From Macrostomum lignano (Eukaryota): a DNA stretch of 64,000 nt. A model generated the notes under the pieces. The model did no database searches and was not told the origin of the DNA. It saw only the letters and a list, made by a program, of their open reading frames with translations. Below, piece after piece: positions 33,368 through 44,198 of the stretch. Position numbers and translations under genes: made by a program. The stretch is taken from the NCBI GenBank assembly GCA_002269645.1, contig NIVC01000833.1, positions 1 through 64,000 on the forward strand. Reading direction: 5' to 3'. How positions within the stretch are numbered: the first letter of the stretch is position 1; each line of letters starts with the position of its first letter.

Positions 33368-34623
33368 CAGTGTTGGGCACTTCCGTTACCGAGTAACTTG
33401 TAAATGGTAACGCAAGTTACTTTTTCGTAAAGCGTTCCTTACGCAAGTTACTTTCCTATTTTGGTAACGGAGTAACGGTAAGTTACTCAAATTTCGGAAG
33501 TCCGTTACAGTTACTTTGCAACAATCGCAATATTTAAATTTAAAACTGATATGCTTAGCTATTACGCCAGTTGTCACATTTTTAGCATTTTTCATTCCTA
33601 AATTCAAAACTAAGTGAATAATATCATACGGTATTACGCTGTAATTAATAAAGAAATACTTGAAACATGTTTTTACTTTGTTATTTTCGGTAAAATATTT
33701 TTGCTTTTCGTTTTTAAGTTAATAAAAATATTTTGTTTAGTTCTTAGAAACAAACAACCAAAGAAAGAAATTCATCTGTAGTCTCCACAAATCCACTCAG
33801 TGATCGACGTAGCCAGGAATTTTAATTGGGGGGGGGGCGGGTTGGCCTGGCTGGCCATGCCTCATGTTATTGCCACTTTTAGCGCCGCAGGCACTCATTT
33901 TAGCGCCGCAAGCACTTATTTAAGCGCCGCAGGCACTCATTTAAGCGCCGCAGGCACTCAAATCGCCTCATGGTTTTTGGTACCCGCCACGCCCAACCCC
34001 ACCCCCCAGGTGGGGTGTCTTGCAGGTGGGGTGAAGTTGCCGCCCCAACGATTGTTAAGGCGGCCTCCCTGGCTACACCACTAAAGTCCACTGGCACTGC
34101 ACTGCACTGCACAATAATTTAATATTAATGATAATAATTGAAAATAAATAAAAATACTAGTAAAGCAGACTGTAGAGTGGAGTAAAGCCAGATACTTATT
34201 ACGAGCGATGTATTATCAAGGACAACTGAAGTTACGTTAAGTTGTCCTTGTGTATTATAACTTATAATGTTATTAAAAATTAAATTGCGTTTTGCCTTTA
34301 ACGTTTCTGACCTTCAGCTTCTCTTCTTTTTACGGAAAGGGCCTAAAGTGATTAAAATTTAATACAGTTACTGAAATTAATGTTGTTGTATTCTTCCTCC
34401 TGGCTTTCGCGATCATTTGTGCTGTTCCATCACATTTGCAATGTTAAAAAAAGCAGAAAATTTTGTTAATAACATAGGTAACGGAAGTAAGTAACGGAAG
34501 TAACTTAAAAGTTACCGGGTTTTTGTTCAAAGTTACTAGGCTAACGTAAGTTACTTTTTAAAAAGTGGTAACTTAAGTTACAGTAACGCAAGTTACTTTT
34601 TTTGAGTAACTTGCCCAACACTG
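33368..34623. mobile_element. Non-autonomous hAT element (1,256 bp)
   Basis: 12-bp TIR CAGTGTTGGGCA / TGCCCAACACTG; perfect 8-bp TSD GTTATATA; subterminal GTAAC/GTTAC repeats. Confidence 0.88.
33798..34084. mobile_element. Second MITE nested within the hAT element, with internal repeats of about 24 bp (AGCGCCGCAGGCACTCATTT)
   Basis: Imperfect TIR CAGTG..CGTAGCCAGG / CCTGGCTACACCACTA; flanks AATCCACT / AGTCCACT. Confidence 0.6.
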
Positions 34624-34718
34624 GTTATATATCATGTTTCCTTTTTTGCTTTTTTCTCCCTTTACCATAGAAATCCTAATGGCATATCAATATCCCTATA
34701 GCATTTTAACAGGTCTAT

Positions 34719-35345
34719 GATAATTTCCCGCAGGAATTTTTCCTGCCAAGCTTTCCCCGCACAAGTTTTTCCCGCAGCGAGTTTTTCCCGTGACAAAAAT
34801 TTGCTACAGGAGCTTTGCCCGCATGAGATTCTCCCGCAGCAAGAGTTTCCCGCAGGAAATTTCCTCGTCAAGATTTTCCTGCCGAGCTTTTACCGCTGAG
34901 ATTTTCCTGCACGAATTTTCCCCGCACAGACTTTTCTAGCAGGAAGATTTTCCCGCAAGAAATTTCTTGTGATTGCCTGTTTACCTTAAAAAAGAAATTA
35001 TAAAAAGGAAAGCTATTAGTAAAGACGCAATTTTCTTTGATAAATTCGACACAGGCAGCCAGGCAGACAGACAGACAGACAGACAGGTAGGAAGGTAAAC
35101 AGGCAATCACGAGAAATTTCTTGCAGGAAAATTTTTCTGCTGGAAAAAGTCTGTGCAAGGAAAATTCGTGCAGGAAAATCTCAGCAGTAAAAGCTCGGCA
35201 GGAAAATCTCGACGGGGAAATTTCCTGCGGTAAAAACTCGCTGCGGGAGAATCTCGTGCGGGGAAAGCTCTTGCGGCAAATTTTCGTCGCGGGAAAAACT
35301 CATGCGGGGAAAGCTTGGCGGGAAAAATTCCTGCAGGAAATTCTC
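34719..35345. repeat. Foldback element: inverted arms of about 250-270 bp (34719-34988 / about 35094-35345) built of short subrepeats, around a spacer with (GACA)n
   Basis: The outer ends GATAATTTCCCGCAGGAATTTTTCCTGCCAAGC and the inner ends GATTGCCTGTTTACCTT both match their reverse complements. Confidence 0.85.
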
Positions 35346-35490
35346 GTGCTCCCCATTTTAATAATATTATTAATCAAATTAGATTGTTTGGTAGCTCTTC
35401 ATCCTATTGCATCCCTATACCCTCATTTCTTAATAGACAAATAGTTTTAGAAAGAGAAAACTGCAAAAAAATGGTTAGTAATAGAGATAG

Positions 35491-36250
35491 TGAGGCAGGC
35501 CCAATATTTTTATACGTATACCATTTCGAATTTACGCCAAATTTCTTGGTTACGGAATTATTTTGTTATAGCGAAAAATAATTATTTTGTTTAAATTGAT
35601 ATTTTGTTTAACCACGTCCCGCGCACCCGTCCTCCCCCTCAGTAAACCTATAAATACAAGCGTTTTCGGGCTTTAAAAACTTCGCCCGCCGTTTCCTCGA
35701 TTCGGTCAAGAAAAGCAAAACGTGTTGTCTTAGTCACTGGAAAGCAAGACAGGAGAAAAAGCTGTAAGAGGCCAGAAAAGCCGTAAGAGGCCAAGAAAGC
35801 TGTGAGAAGCCAGAAAAGCCGTAAGAGGCCAAGAAAAACTGTAAGAAGCCAGAAAAAGCCGTAAGAGGCCAGGAAAGCTGTGAGAAGCCAGAAATAGACG
35901 GTTGAGAGTCGGGCAACTCCTTCCCAGGGAGCCCGCAACTAAATATAGGGAATTAATAGTAGTAATAATAATAGTAGTGAGATTCATAATTACATGTAGA
36001 CCAGTGTTTGCCGCTCGACACTGCTACCAGGGCGCCTTGCATAGATTCAAGGAGTCCTTAGATTAGAATTCTAGACTTGATATTTTCTAAGAAGCAGCAA
36101 TTGACTAAGCAATTTTATGGAGTAATAACTATCTTAATTTACAACAACTTGGTAACAGCAGTGGGATTTTAGCAGACAGAAATATCCCCTGCGACAACTT
36201 GGTGACATCGGTAGGATAGTCTACAATTTAGTTAAACACCCCCTGGTACA
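35491..36250 (+). repeat. 5' LTR (760 bp)
   Basis: Matches 44199-44959 apart from one 1-bp indel seen by eye (GTTGAGAG vs GTTGACGAG). Confidence 0.95.
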
Positions 36251-36253
36251 ACT

Positions 36254-36272
36254 TGGTGGCAGCGGTGGGATT
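36254..36272 (+). promoter_or_regulatory. Primer binding site, tRNA-Leu type
   Basis: TGGTGGCAGCGGTGGGATT is the complement of the tRNA-Leu 3' end AATCCCACCGCTGCCA-CCA, 3 nt after the LTR. Confidence 0.88.
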
Positions 36273-36301
36273 GGAATCCGACTAAGTCGACCGCTAAAGC
36301 G

Positions 36302-36438
36302 AATAACGTGAGAGTACAGCAAATAACGTGAGAGTACAGCAAATAACGTGAGAGTACAGCAAATAACGTGAGAGTACAGCAAATAACGTGAGAGTACAGC
36401 AAATAACGTGAGAGTACAGCAAATAACGTGAGAGTACA
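36302..36438. repeat. 20-bp tandem repeat (AATAACGTGAGAGTACAGCA), about 7 units, directly upstream of the gag ATG
   Basis: Visible tandem units ending at the start codon. Confidence 0.93.
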
Positions 36439-37338
36439 ATGGCAGCACTTAATGACGCTATAGGTTTATTAGCAGAGGAGCTTAGGAACAGGCTAGAACT
36501 AGGGCCTATGAGGCATGTAAAGATCCAAAAGTACACTCCCAGCCAGGATGTACGAATTTGGTTGACTGCATTCGATCAAAGGTGTGATCAGGAAGGAATA
36601 GATCAGGAGCACAGGAAAACTGAACTTCTAGCTAACCTAGATCTATCGACTGCGTTTGCAGCAGTGCAGCGATTAAATTTACCCGATGATTTGACGTATG
36701 AGGAATTTAAGGAGAGATTGGTGGAAAGATTTGGCCGGATTGGTAGCTCATCTGAGTGCAGAGAAGAGTTTAGAGGTAGGATGCAGGGTAGAAACGAGGC
36801 AACCGACGTGTTCGCCGATGCTTTGATCGAACTAGCAGCTAGGGCGTTCCCAAATATGAACGCAGAACAGCGTGAAGAGGAAGTAATCGAGCAATTTATC
36901 AAGGGAGTAAGAATTTCCTCCGATACCCGGGAGAAACTCATTTTTGCTCAGCCCACTAGCCTGCAGGAGGCCAGACGCATGCTTAGGAGAATAGAAGCAG
37001 CCTGGCATATGTCGCATAAGAACGGTGTCAGAGTCGTGAGAGACGAAGATGATGAGAAGAGCAAGTTAGAAAAGCTAATTAAGCAGCAGAAATCTGAGCT
37101 CGAAGAGCAGAAGAAGCTAATTCAGGAACTGCAAGCTGAAAAGCAGCAGCCGCCAGTTACTCAGACTAGGCCGCAATACTATCAGCCAAGAGTTCAGGCG
37201 TTCCAGCCACAGCTTCGCCCGCTGATGCAGCAGCAGATAAGGAGGCAGATCCCGTGGAAGCCAACACAGAATGTAGTGCGACCTGGCTTTAACAACCAGA
37301 GTCGATTCCCTGCCCGCAACCCCAATCAGGGAAACTAG
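36439..37338 (+). CDS. gag: Gag (capsid-like) of the Gypsy element
   Basis: 299-aa ORF after the PBS with a retrotransposon-gag pattern (WL..F....; F..R.Q...E....F...L..LA..AFP; QFI.G), a coiled coil and a Q/R/P-rich end. Confidence 0.88.
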   Translation: MAALNDAIGLLAEELRNRLELGPMRHVKIQKYTPSQDVRIWLTAFDQRCDQEGIDQEHRKTELLANLDLSTAFAAVQRLNLPDDLTYEEFKERLVERFGRIGSSSECREEFRGRMQGRNEATDVFADALIELAARAFPNMNAEQREEEVIEQFIKGVRISSDTREKLIFAQPTSLQEARRMLRRIEAAWHMSHKNGVRVVRDEDDEKSKLEKLIKQQKSELEEQKKLIQELQAEKQQPPVTQTRPQYYQPRVQAFQPQLRPLMQQQIRRQIPWKPTQNVVRPGFNNQSRFPARNPNQGN

Positions 37339-40300
37339 GATTCGAGGGTCGATATTCGAGGCCACGTCCCTCTAGGAAACCCCAAAGCGAATCTCAGGCC
37401 TCTCATTTCTCCCGCAAACCCGTTTTCAACCCACTCCCTGGAGGATGGCGACAAGTCCCATTTTCCAGGAATTCAATGCGTAATGCACCAATGCGTAATG
37501 CACCAACGCGTAATGCACCCATGTATAGAGCACCAATGCGTAATGCACCTGTAAACAGCGCGTCTCCCATCGCGCTATCTCCTAATATGTTTGAGTTATT
37601 GGCGTCAGAGCCCAGTGAGTCAGATGCAAAAGCATCAGCATCCGAGTTGACAAAGTCCCCAGTGACTAAGCCAGCAAATGCAAAGCAGAAGGCGAGAAAA
37701 TCTCGCAAAGCGAAATATCGAGAAGCTAAGAAAGCAGCTGAGAAAGCAAAAGTTGAATTGATAAGCGAGAAAAGTAGCGAAGCAATTGTCTTTGGAGACG
37801 TTGAAGGTCAAGAAATTGACTTCTTGCTTGACACCGGAGCCGGAAACTGCTTCCTGAGCAAGTCAGTATGGTCCAAGGTGATCAAGACAGAGCAAATCAG
37901 AGAAACCAATAAGAGAGTTACCACATTTGATGGTTCCTCAGTGCAGCTAGAAGGAGAAGCTAGTGTGTCTGTAACCTTTGGAGATATGATATTCAAATTA
38001 ATATTAGCTTTTTGCTGTGCAGCTATGAATGTGATAACATTCTTGGCATGGACTTCTTCCTTTCTCACTGCAAAAGCATTGATTTAGATAATGGCATGCT
38101 TGTACTAAAGAGAGGCCTCTGTGTGCCTATGCAGTACACCCGCCAAGCAGTTAGAATTTGCCGAGTTTATACTCGAGAAAAGGCAGTAGTACCTGCTAAT
38201 AGTGCATTGAGAGTTCCCATTAGGCTAGCGAAAGACCATGAGCTCAATCATGGCACTCCTATGACAGTAGAAGTGATCGGAGAAGGCGTGAGAGCCAAGG
38301 AATTGACAGTAGAGATGGTTCCGACATTGGTCACCATGAGAGACGGCAGTGCCATCGTGGAGATCGTGAATCGACACTCTGTCGACGTGAGACTGCCGAA
38401 GTCGACATTGATTGGTCTGGCCAAGCCCATGAGAGCCAAGGACCTCGTCTACTGGTCAGCATCGCCTTCCGCCGCCGAATCAGCTTCGCCGACAATTGCC
38501 GAAGATGCCGCACAACCCGCCGGACGTGTCTATCAAGCTCAGGCAACTGAAGATGCTTGGGTGAGCGAAATTAGTATTGGTGCCAATTTATCTGAAAGTC
38601 AGCGAAAAGCAGTAATTGATCTCGTGAGAGAGAATAGAGAAGCATTTTCCCAGCATGATTTAGACATGGGATTGACTCATCTAGTCACTCATGAAATTTC
38701 CCTGAAGGACGAGACCCCTGTTAGAATCCCTACCCGCCGCATCCCCCCTCATCTCCAAAAGCAAGTCGACGCCCAGCTAGACGACATGCTAGCCAAGAAT
38801 CTCATTCGCCCCTGCTATTCTACCTATTCTACCCCATTAGTCATTGTGCCAAAGAAGGATGGCACCATCCGAATAGTGAGTGATTTCCGAGTGCTCAACT
38901 CTAGAGTTAACTATTTTCCCTATCCCCTCCCCAATATTCAAGAAACTTTTTCTAATCTTACTGGCAGTAGGTACTTTAGTAGTTTAGATCTTAACTCAGG
39001 TTATTGGCAAGTGCCTATAAAGGAAGAGCATAAGTTCATGACCGCGTTCTCTACTCTGACGCGAGGACAGTTTGAGTACCAGGTTATGGCGCAAGGGTTA
39101 TCCAACGCGCCCGGTACATTTCAAAGACTGATGAACTTAGTGCTAGCCGGAATCCAGCATAAGTTTGCAATGTCGTATATTGACGATATAGTTACTTACT
39201 CGAAGCAATTTGAGGAGCATTTATCCCATCTAAGAGAGGTGTTTCAGAGATTGATCACCGCAGGTTTAAAGTTGAGAGCGAAAAAGTGCAACTTATTTCA
39301 CTCTGAACTCAAGTATCTAGGCCATGTGATAGGCAGAGATGGCATTCGCACAGACGAAGCCAAGATTGAAGCCATTAGGACCTGGCCAAAGCCAAAGGAA
39401 GTAAAGGAATTAAGAAGCTTTTTAGGATTGTGCAACTACTACAGCAGATTTGTCAAAAATTATGCTGAAGTAGCGCATCCTCTTTTCCAGTTGACTCGTA
39501 AGGGAGTTCAAAACTTCCAAGCAAAATGGACAGCAAAGCATGATGAAGCGTTTGAGCTATTGAAAACCCGTATGATGAGTACTGACGTGTTAGCATACCC
39601 TGAGTTCATAGACAATGAGAAGGTGAAGATGGTTCTCGATGTAGACGCCAGTGATGGACGCATAGGTGCCTGTTTAGGACAAATCCAATCAGACGGTGTC
39701 GAGAGACCAATCGCCTACTTTAGTCGCGCTATGAAGGAGTCAGAAAAACGCTATCCCATAACTCGCAAGGAGTTGCTAGCTCTAGTAGATGCCATGAGGC
39801 ATTTCCGCTTCTATCTAATAGGAAAGAAATTTCTAGCTAGGACCGACCATAAGGCTATACTTTGGTTATTAAGGCAGACAGAAGCCCAGGGCATTTTAGG
39901 CAGATGGATTGAGCGCCTCAACGAGTTTCAATTTGAAATCGAGCATAGGAGTGGCGCGAAACATTCAAATGCCGATAGCTTGTCCCGAAGGCCAGCCGAG
40001 GCTGCCCAGCCAGATTGTAAAGCCAATGAGAAGGCGGAAGCCGAGAAGAAGAGTCGAGAGATAAGCAAAATCACCAGCAAAGGCGTAAGAGCCGAAGTGA
40101 ACCAAGAGATAAGAACTGATAAAGAGGAGTTTATCCCCAGCGAACGCGTGTGTGCAAAGCAGAACCAGAATGGGAAGGCTAAGGACAGCATGAGCGATCT
40201 GACCCAGCCCCCCACTGAGCTGAGAGAAGGAGAGACCAACCCCCCTGAGCCACAGAGGAATAAAATAGTCTCTGGTGAGAAGAGTGTAAGGATTGACAGT

Positions 40301-42136
40301 GTGAAAACACAGAGCTCCTGCATTATGCAATCGAGCAGAGTCACCCCACAATCTGAGCACAGTGAGGAGTATGGCACGCTGAAGGTTGGAGCATTATTAG
40401 TTGACTTCCTACCCAACCCCCTGCGGAGAGAGCAGATCGTTAATGCCCAGCGAGAAGACCCCAATATTCGCACTTTGCTAAATTGCAAACTCGAAGAAAA
40501 GGAACCCCCCGCCGAGCAGAAGAGCATTAGCTCAGAATTAAGGCAGTTGAGCAAATTTTACGAGAAAATGAAAATCGAAAGCGATATGCTTGTTATTGAA
40601 GAAGAAGGAGTAAGCAAAATTGTGTTGCCAGTGTCGCTGGACAAATTAGTGCTGGCTGATCTACACGATAGCCCACTAGCAGGACACTTGGGTCGTGACA
40701 AGACAGTGCAAAGAGTTAGGGAGAGATTTTGGAGACCTGGCTTAGTGACAGCCATTGAGAAGTACATATCTGAGTGTATTCCGTGTTTGGAAAGCAAAAG
40801 AGGATGCCCTGTTCAGGCTCCAGTGCAGTCATTCCCAGTCAACGAGGCATTCCACCGCCTGCATATTGATATCATAGGCCCCATTTCGAAAGAAAGCAAG
40901 AGAGGCCATAGATATGTGCTGACTGTAGTTGATAGCACTACCCGCTACCCATTCGCGTTCCCGATCCGTAATCAGAAGTCTGATACCGTGATCAAGATCT
41001 TACAGGAGCGAATTTTCAGCGAATATGGTCAATGCCATTGGATACATACTGACAATGGGAAAACCTTCACAAGCAGACAGTTTAAAGCGTTTTGCGATTT
41101 GTACAATGTTAAACACACTTGTACCACCCCGTACCATGCCCAAAGTAATGGCTTGGTAGAGAGGTTTAACAAGCAAGTGAAATCCATCATTACCTGTTTA
41201 ATTAAGAAGGACCATAGCAATTGGGATTTAATGATCCCAGCAGCGCTTGTTGCAGTGCGCACTAGTGTGAATCAAACCACAGGCTATTCACCCCATTTCC
41301 TGTTATTCGGAAGGGAGCCAGTTTTGCCACTAGACAGTCAAATTCGCCAGCCAAAACAGTACTCAGGCTATCCAGCCTATGTCGCAGATCATGCCGAAAG
41401 GCTAGAAATTGCCAGAAAAATCGTGAGAGATAAGCTCGAGAAAGTTGCTGATAATAGAAAGAATATTGCTGAAACAGCCAAGCAGCCTAAGGAAGTACCA
41501 GTAGGGAGTTTAGCGCTAATAAATAACCCGCAGTTAGACAATGAGGAGTCTAACAAATTTCACAGAAAGAAGAGAGCCGCCTATAGAGTGATTGAACAGA
41601 TCTCAGACGTAGTGTTTAGAGTGCAGAGAGAGGAAGATGGTGAGCTTGTAGGGAATAAATTATTAGTGCATAGGGACAATTTAACACTAGTTCCTAATTC
41701 GACCGCGGAATTGCCAATTAAGGGAAGCCAGCAGGAGAGCCACCGGAAGAAAAATCAGTCAAGGAGGGAACCTAAAGCTAAGGGAAGCCACCCGCCGAGG
41801 AAGCATAAGGAGGTAGTGATTAGTGAAGAGTCTGAGTCTGACACTGAATCTGAAGATGAACGAGTGCAATGGCAATGCCAACTGAGAGAATCCGAAACGG
41901 AACCAGCAACTGAGAGCGAAGATGAGAGCCAAGAGTCAGAGAGTGCAGTAGAAGAAGAAGGAATAATGAGCAATGCAGAAGACGCCAGAGAGAACAATGA
42001 GATTGAGCATGAGCACGAGGAAGCTAATTCAGAGAGGAGATACAATACACGCAGGCAGGTCAGGCCCCCCAAGTGCTATTGTTGCTTGAAGCGGCTGGCC
42101 ACTGTGCTGTCTTTGTTGAACAATCTCAGTTTCTGA
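37329..42136 (+). CDS. pol: Pro-Pol (protease, RT, RNase H, integrase); likely entered by -1 frameshift at GGGAAAC; apparent 1-T deletion at 38009-38013
   Basis: LLDTGA (protease); LDLNSGYWQ and YIDD (RT); DASD, E and TDH (RNase H); HLGRDKT..CIPC, HIDIIGP, TDNG and SNGLVERFN (integrase). The -1 frame is open from 37329 into ORF 37476. Confidence 0.93.
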
Positions 42137-42174
42137 GTGGAGGAGAAGGAAGGAAGGAGAAGGAGGAGTGAGAG

Positions 42175-42391
42175 CCAATGAGAGGAGGCGTAGAAGTGAA
42201 GGGATTTCGAGGCCGTGGATAGGGGAGAGAGGCGAAGAGACCGACAGCCAATAAGGAAGAATCATCAGCCAATGAGAGAAGACCTGCCATTTAAACAAAT
42301 AATTGTTTGTTTGAATAAGCTTGAAACATGATACCCCCCAAAGTGGAATGTTTGTAAACCTATATAAGCGAGATCCCTGACGCAATCAGTT
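42175..42391 (+). promoter_or_regulatory. Putative internal Pol II promoter for ORF3
   Basis: CCAAT at 42175, 42248 and 42269; TATATAA at 42361-42367; TCAGTT Inr at 42386-42391, about 27 nt after TATA. Confidence 0.6.
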
Positions 42392-42461
42392 CCTCATCCT
42401 CAACAGAGCAATAAGGCAGCAATTAAGTAGCAATAAAGAAGCAGTCAAGAGCAAATCCGTT

Positions 42462-43826
42462 ATGGATAAAGAAAACGAAGAGTTAAATATTTTAGCAGAC
42501 GGTAGTGAATTTGACGATCTATTAAAAGAGCTTGAAGGGCCTTGGCCCATGCAGCAAGATGAGCAAACTGAGCAACCACAGCCAGAGCGTTCAGCGCAGC
42601 AAAACGAGCAAGAACAGCTAGCTGAGGCCCCGTCGCAGCCGCCTGCTACGCAGCAGCCTGCCCCGACGCTGGCACCGCCGTCAGAGCCATTACGGGAGCG
42701 TCAGCCAGCTGACCTGCCCGGGCCCTCGCAGCCACCGGAGCCCTCCACCAAGCCAAAGCGACCTGCTGCGGAAACGGATCAGGGTACACAAGCAAAGAGG
42801 CCGGCCCCGTCAGGGCTGCCAGTGTCCCAGGATCCGGCAGCACGACAGGAGCTCGTTAGAGTAAAGTCGGTGCAGTCCGTGGTGGTAAAACCGACGGTGA
42901 TGCAGAGGCACCCGGCTGGCGCGCGGCCCACACTGATGTTAGCTGCCCCGCCTCAGCAGCAGCGGCCGGCTCAGCGGTCGCAGCCTCGGCGTGTGGCGTC
43001 GCGAGCAGAAGTCCGACAGCAGCTGCCAGTGCACCGCAGGCTGGCTCCGCGGCCGCCGCCGCAGCAGCGCCAGCAGTCGCCGCCGCAGCGCCGCCACCAG
43101 TCTCCGCCGCGGCACCGTCAGCAGCCACCGCCGTCTCAGCACCGTCAGCAGCCACCGCCGTCTCAGCATCATCAGCAGCCACCGCCGCCTCAGCATCATC
43201 AGCAGCCACCGCCGTCTCAGCATCATCAGCAGCCACCGCCGTCTCAGCATCATCAGCAGCCACCGCCGTCTCAGCATCATCAGCAGCCACCGCCGTCTCA
43301 GCATCATCAGCAGCCACCGCCGTCTCAGCATCATCAGCAGCCACCGCCGTCGCATCAGCAGCCGCCACCGCAGACTGCAGTGCCACCACAGGCGTCAACC
43401 TGCCGTGCAGCTGCAAGTTATTTGTTTGTCCCCGGCAACCAAGACATCCAAAGGCTTGCTGCGATGGGCGCCGACTTCAGCGCCATCATGGACGGTTTGT
43501 CGCCAGAACAGCAGGCAAGAATGAAGCGACTGATTGCTGCCCTGAAGGAATATCTAATGCGAATCGGCCACTTGCGGTTGGACCGGCCGCTGCCACAGCG
43601 GGCCCAGGTCCGGCCAGCCTGCATTGTGCTTCGCCAAGAATTCACGCCTGAGCAAGCTGTCGCGGCTTGGCGCCGCGCCGTGAATTACGTACTTCATGAC
43701 CTGAATGCGGCTGGCCAGCCGTACTTTCGCACGCTGCTTATCATCGAGATTAAGTGGCTCGCCGAGCAAGTCGGATGGCCTCTACGCGACCTTTTGCCGG
43801 ACGAATTTAATCTGAATGATAATTAG
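42462..43826 (+). CDS. ORF3 of the Gypsy element: 454-aa Pro/Gln-rich protein with (QHHQQPPPS)n and a predicted helical C-terminal domain; function unknown
   Basis: Intact ATG-initiated sense ORF between pol and the 3' LTR, GC-rich, with no signal peptide or TM segment. Confidence 0.8.
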   Translation: MDKENEELNILADGSEFDDLLKELEGPWPMQQDEQTEQPQPERSAQQNEQEQLAEAPSQPPATQQPAPTLAPPSEPLRERQPADLPGPSQPPEPSTKPKRPAAETDQGTQAKRPAPSGLPVSQDPAARQELVRVKSVQSVVVKPTVMQRHPAGARPTLMLAAPPQQQRPAQRSQPRRVASRAEVRQQLPVHRRLAPRPPPQQRQQSPPQRRHQSPPRHRQQPPPSQHRQQPPPSQHHQQPPPPQHHQQPPPSQHHQQPPPSQHHQQPPPSQHHQQPPPSQHHQQPPPSQHHQQPPPSHQQPPPQTAVPPQASTCRAAASYLFVPGNQDIQRLAAMGADFSAIMDGLSPEQQARMKRLIAALKEYLMRIGHLRLDRPLPQRAQVRPACIVLRQEFTPEQAVAAWRRAVNYVLHDLNAAGQPYFRTLLIIEIKWLAEQVGWPLRDLLPDEFNLNDN

Positions 43827-44183
43827 GTGACTATAATTGAACTGTCATGTACTGTTATTTTTTTTCGCATTGCATGCATACCTATTTAGCCTTCACTAAT
43901 TTTGCATGGATACCTATTTAGCCAAAATTTTTGTGTGCTCAACTTTGTGCAACTTTATATTTAGCCAAACATCTTTTTGTACGCTCAACTTCGTGCCATT
44001 TTAATAATAGCCAACCTTGCTCAATTCTTCCACTAACTATATTACTAATATTACCATGTTGTGTGCTGTTTTAATGTTTTAGTGTCAACCAATTTTATTT
44101 AGTGCCTACGTTTTGTGATTAAAAGCCCCCATTTGCACTTTAACTACACATTTATTCACTCACTAGTTTATTCATAAATATGT

Positions 44184-44193
44184 AGAAGGGAAG
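44184..44193 (+). promoter_or_regulatory. Polypurine tract
   Basis: AGAAGGGAAG, 5 nt upstream of the 3' LTR. Confidence 0.6.
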
Positions 44194-44198
44194 CCAGT

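Noticed and set aside
36144-36272. CRISPR array interpretation of the repeat-spacer pattern (also considered for the 49.2-kb array)
   Set aside because: Eukaryotic context, no cas genes, the repeats are PBS-like and the spacers are partly homologous or not unique; reported instead as tandem PBS.
38005-38015. Second programmed frameshift between protease and RT
   Set aside because: It falls inside the protease domain (AF|LLCSYECDNILGMDF), lacks a proper slippery heptamer, and fits the homopolymer-deletion pattern.
42462-43826. ORF3 as an envelope gene
   Set aside because: No signal peptide, TM anchor, furin site or Cys pattern.
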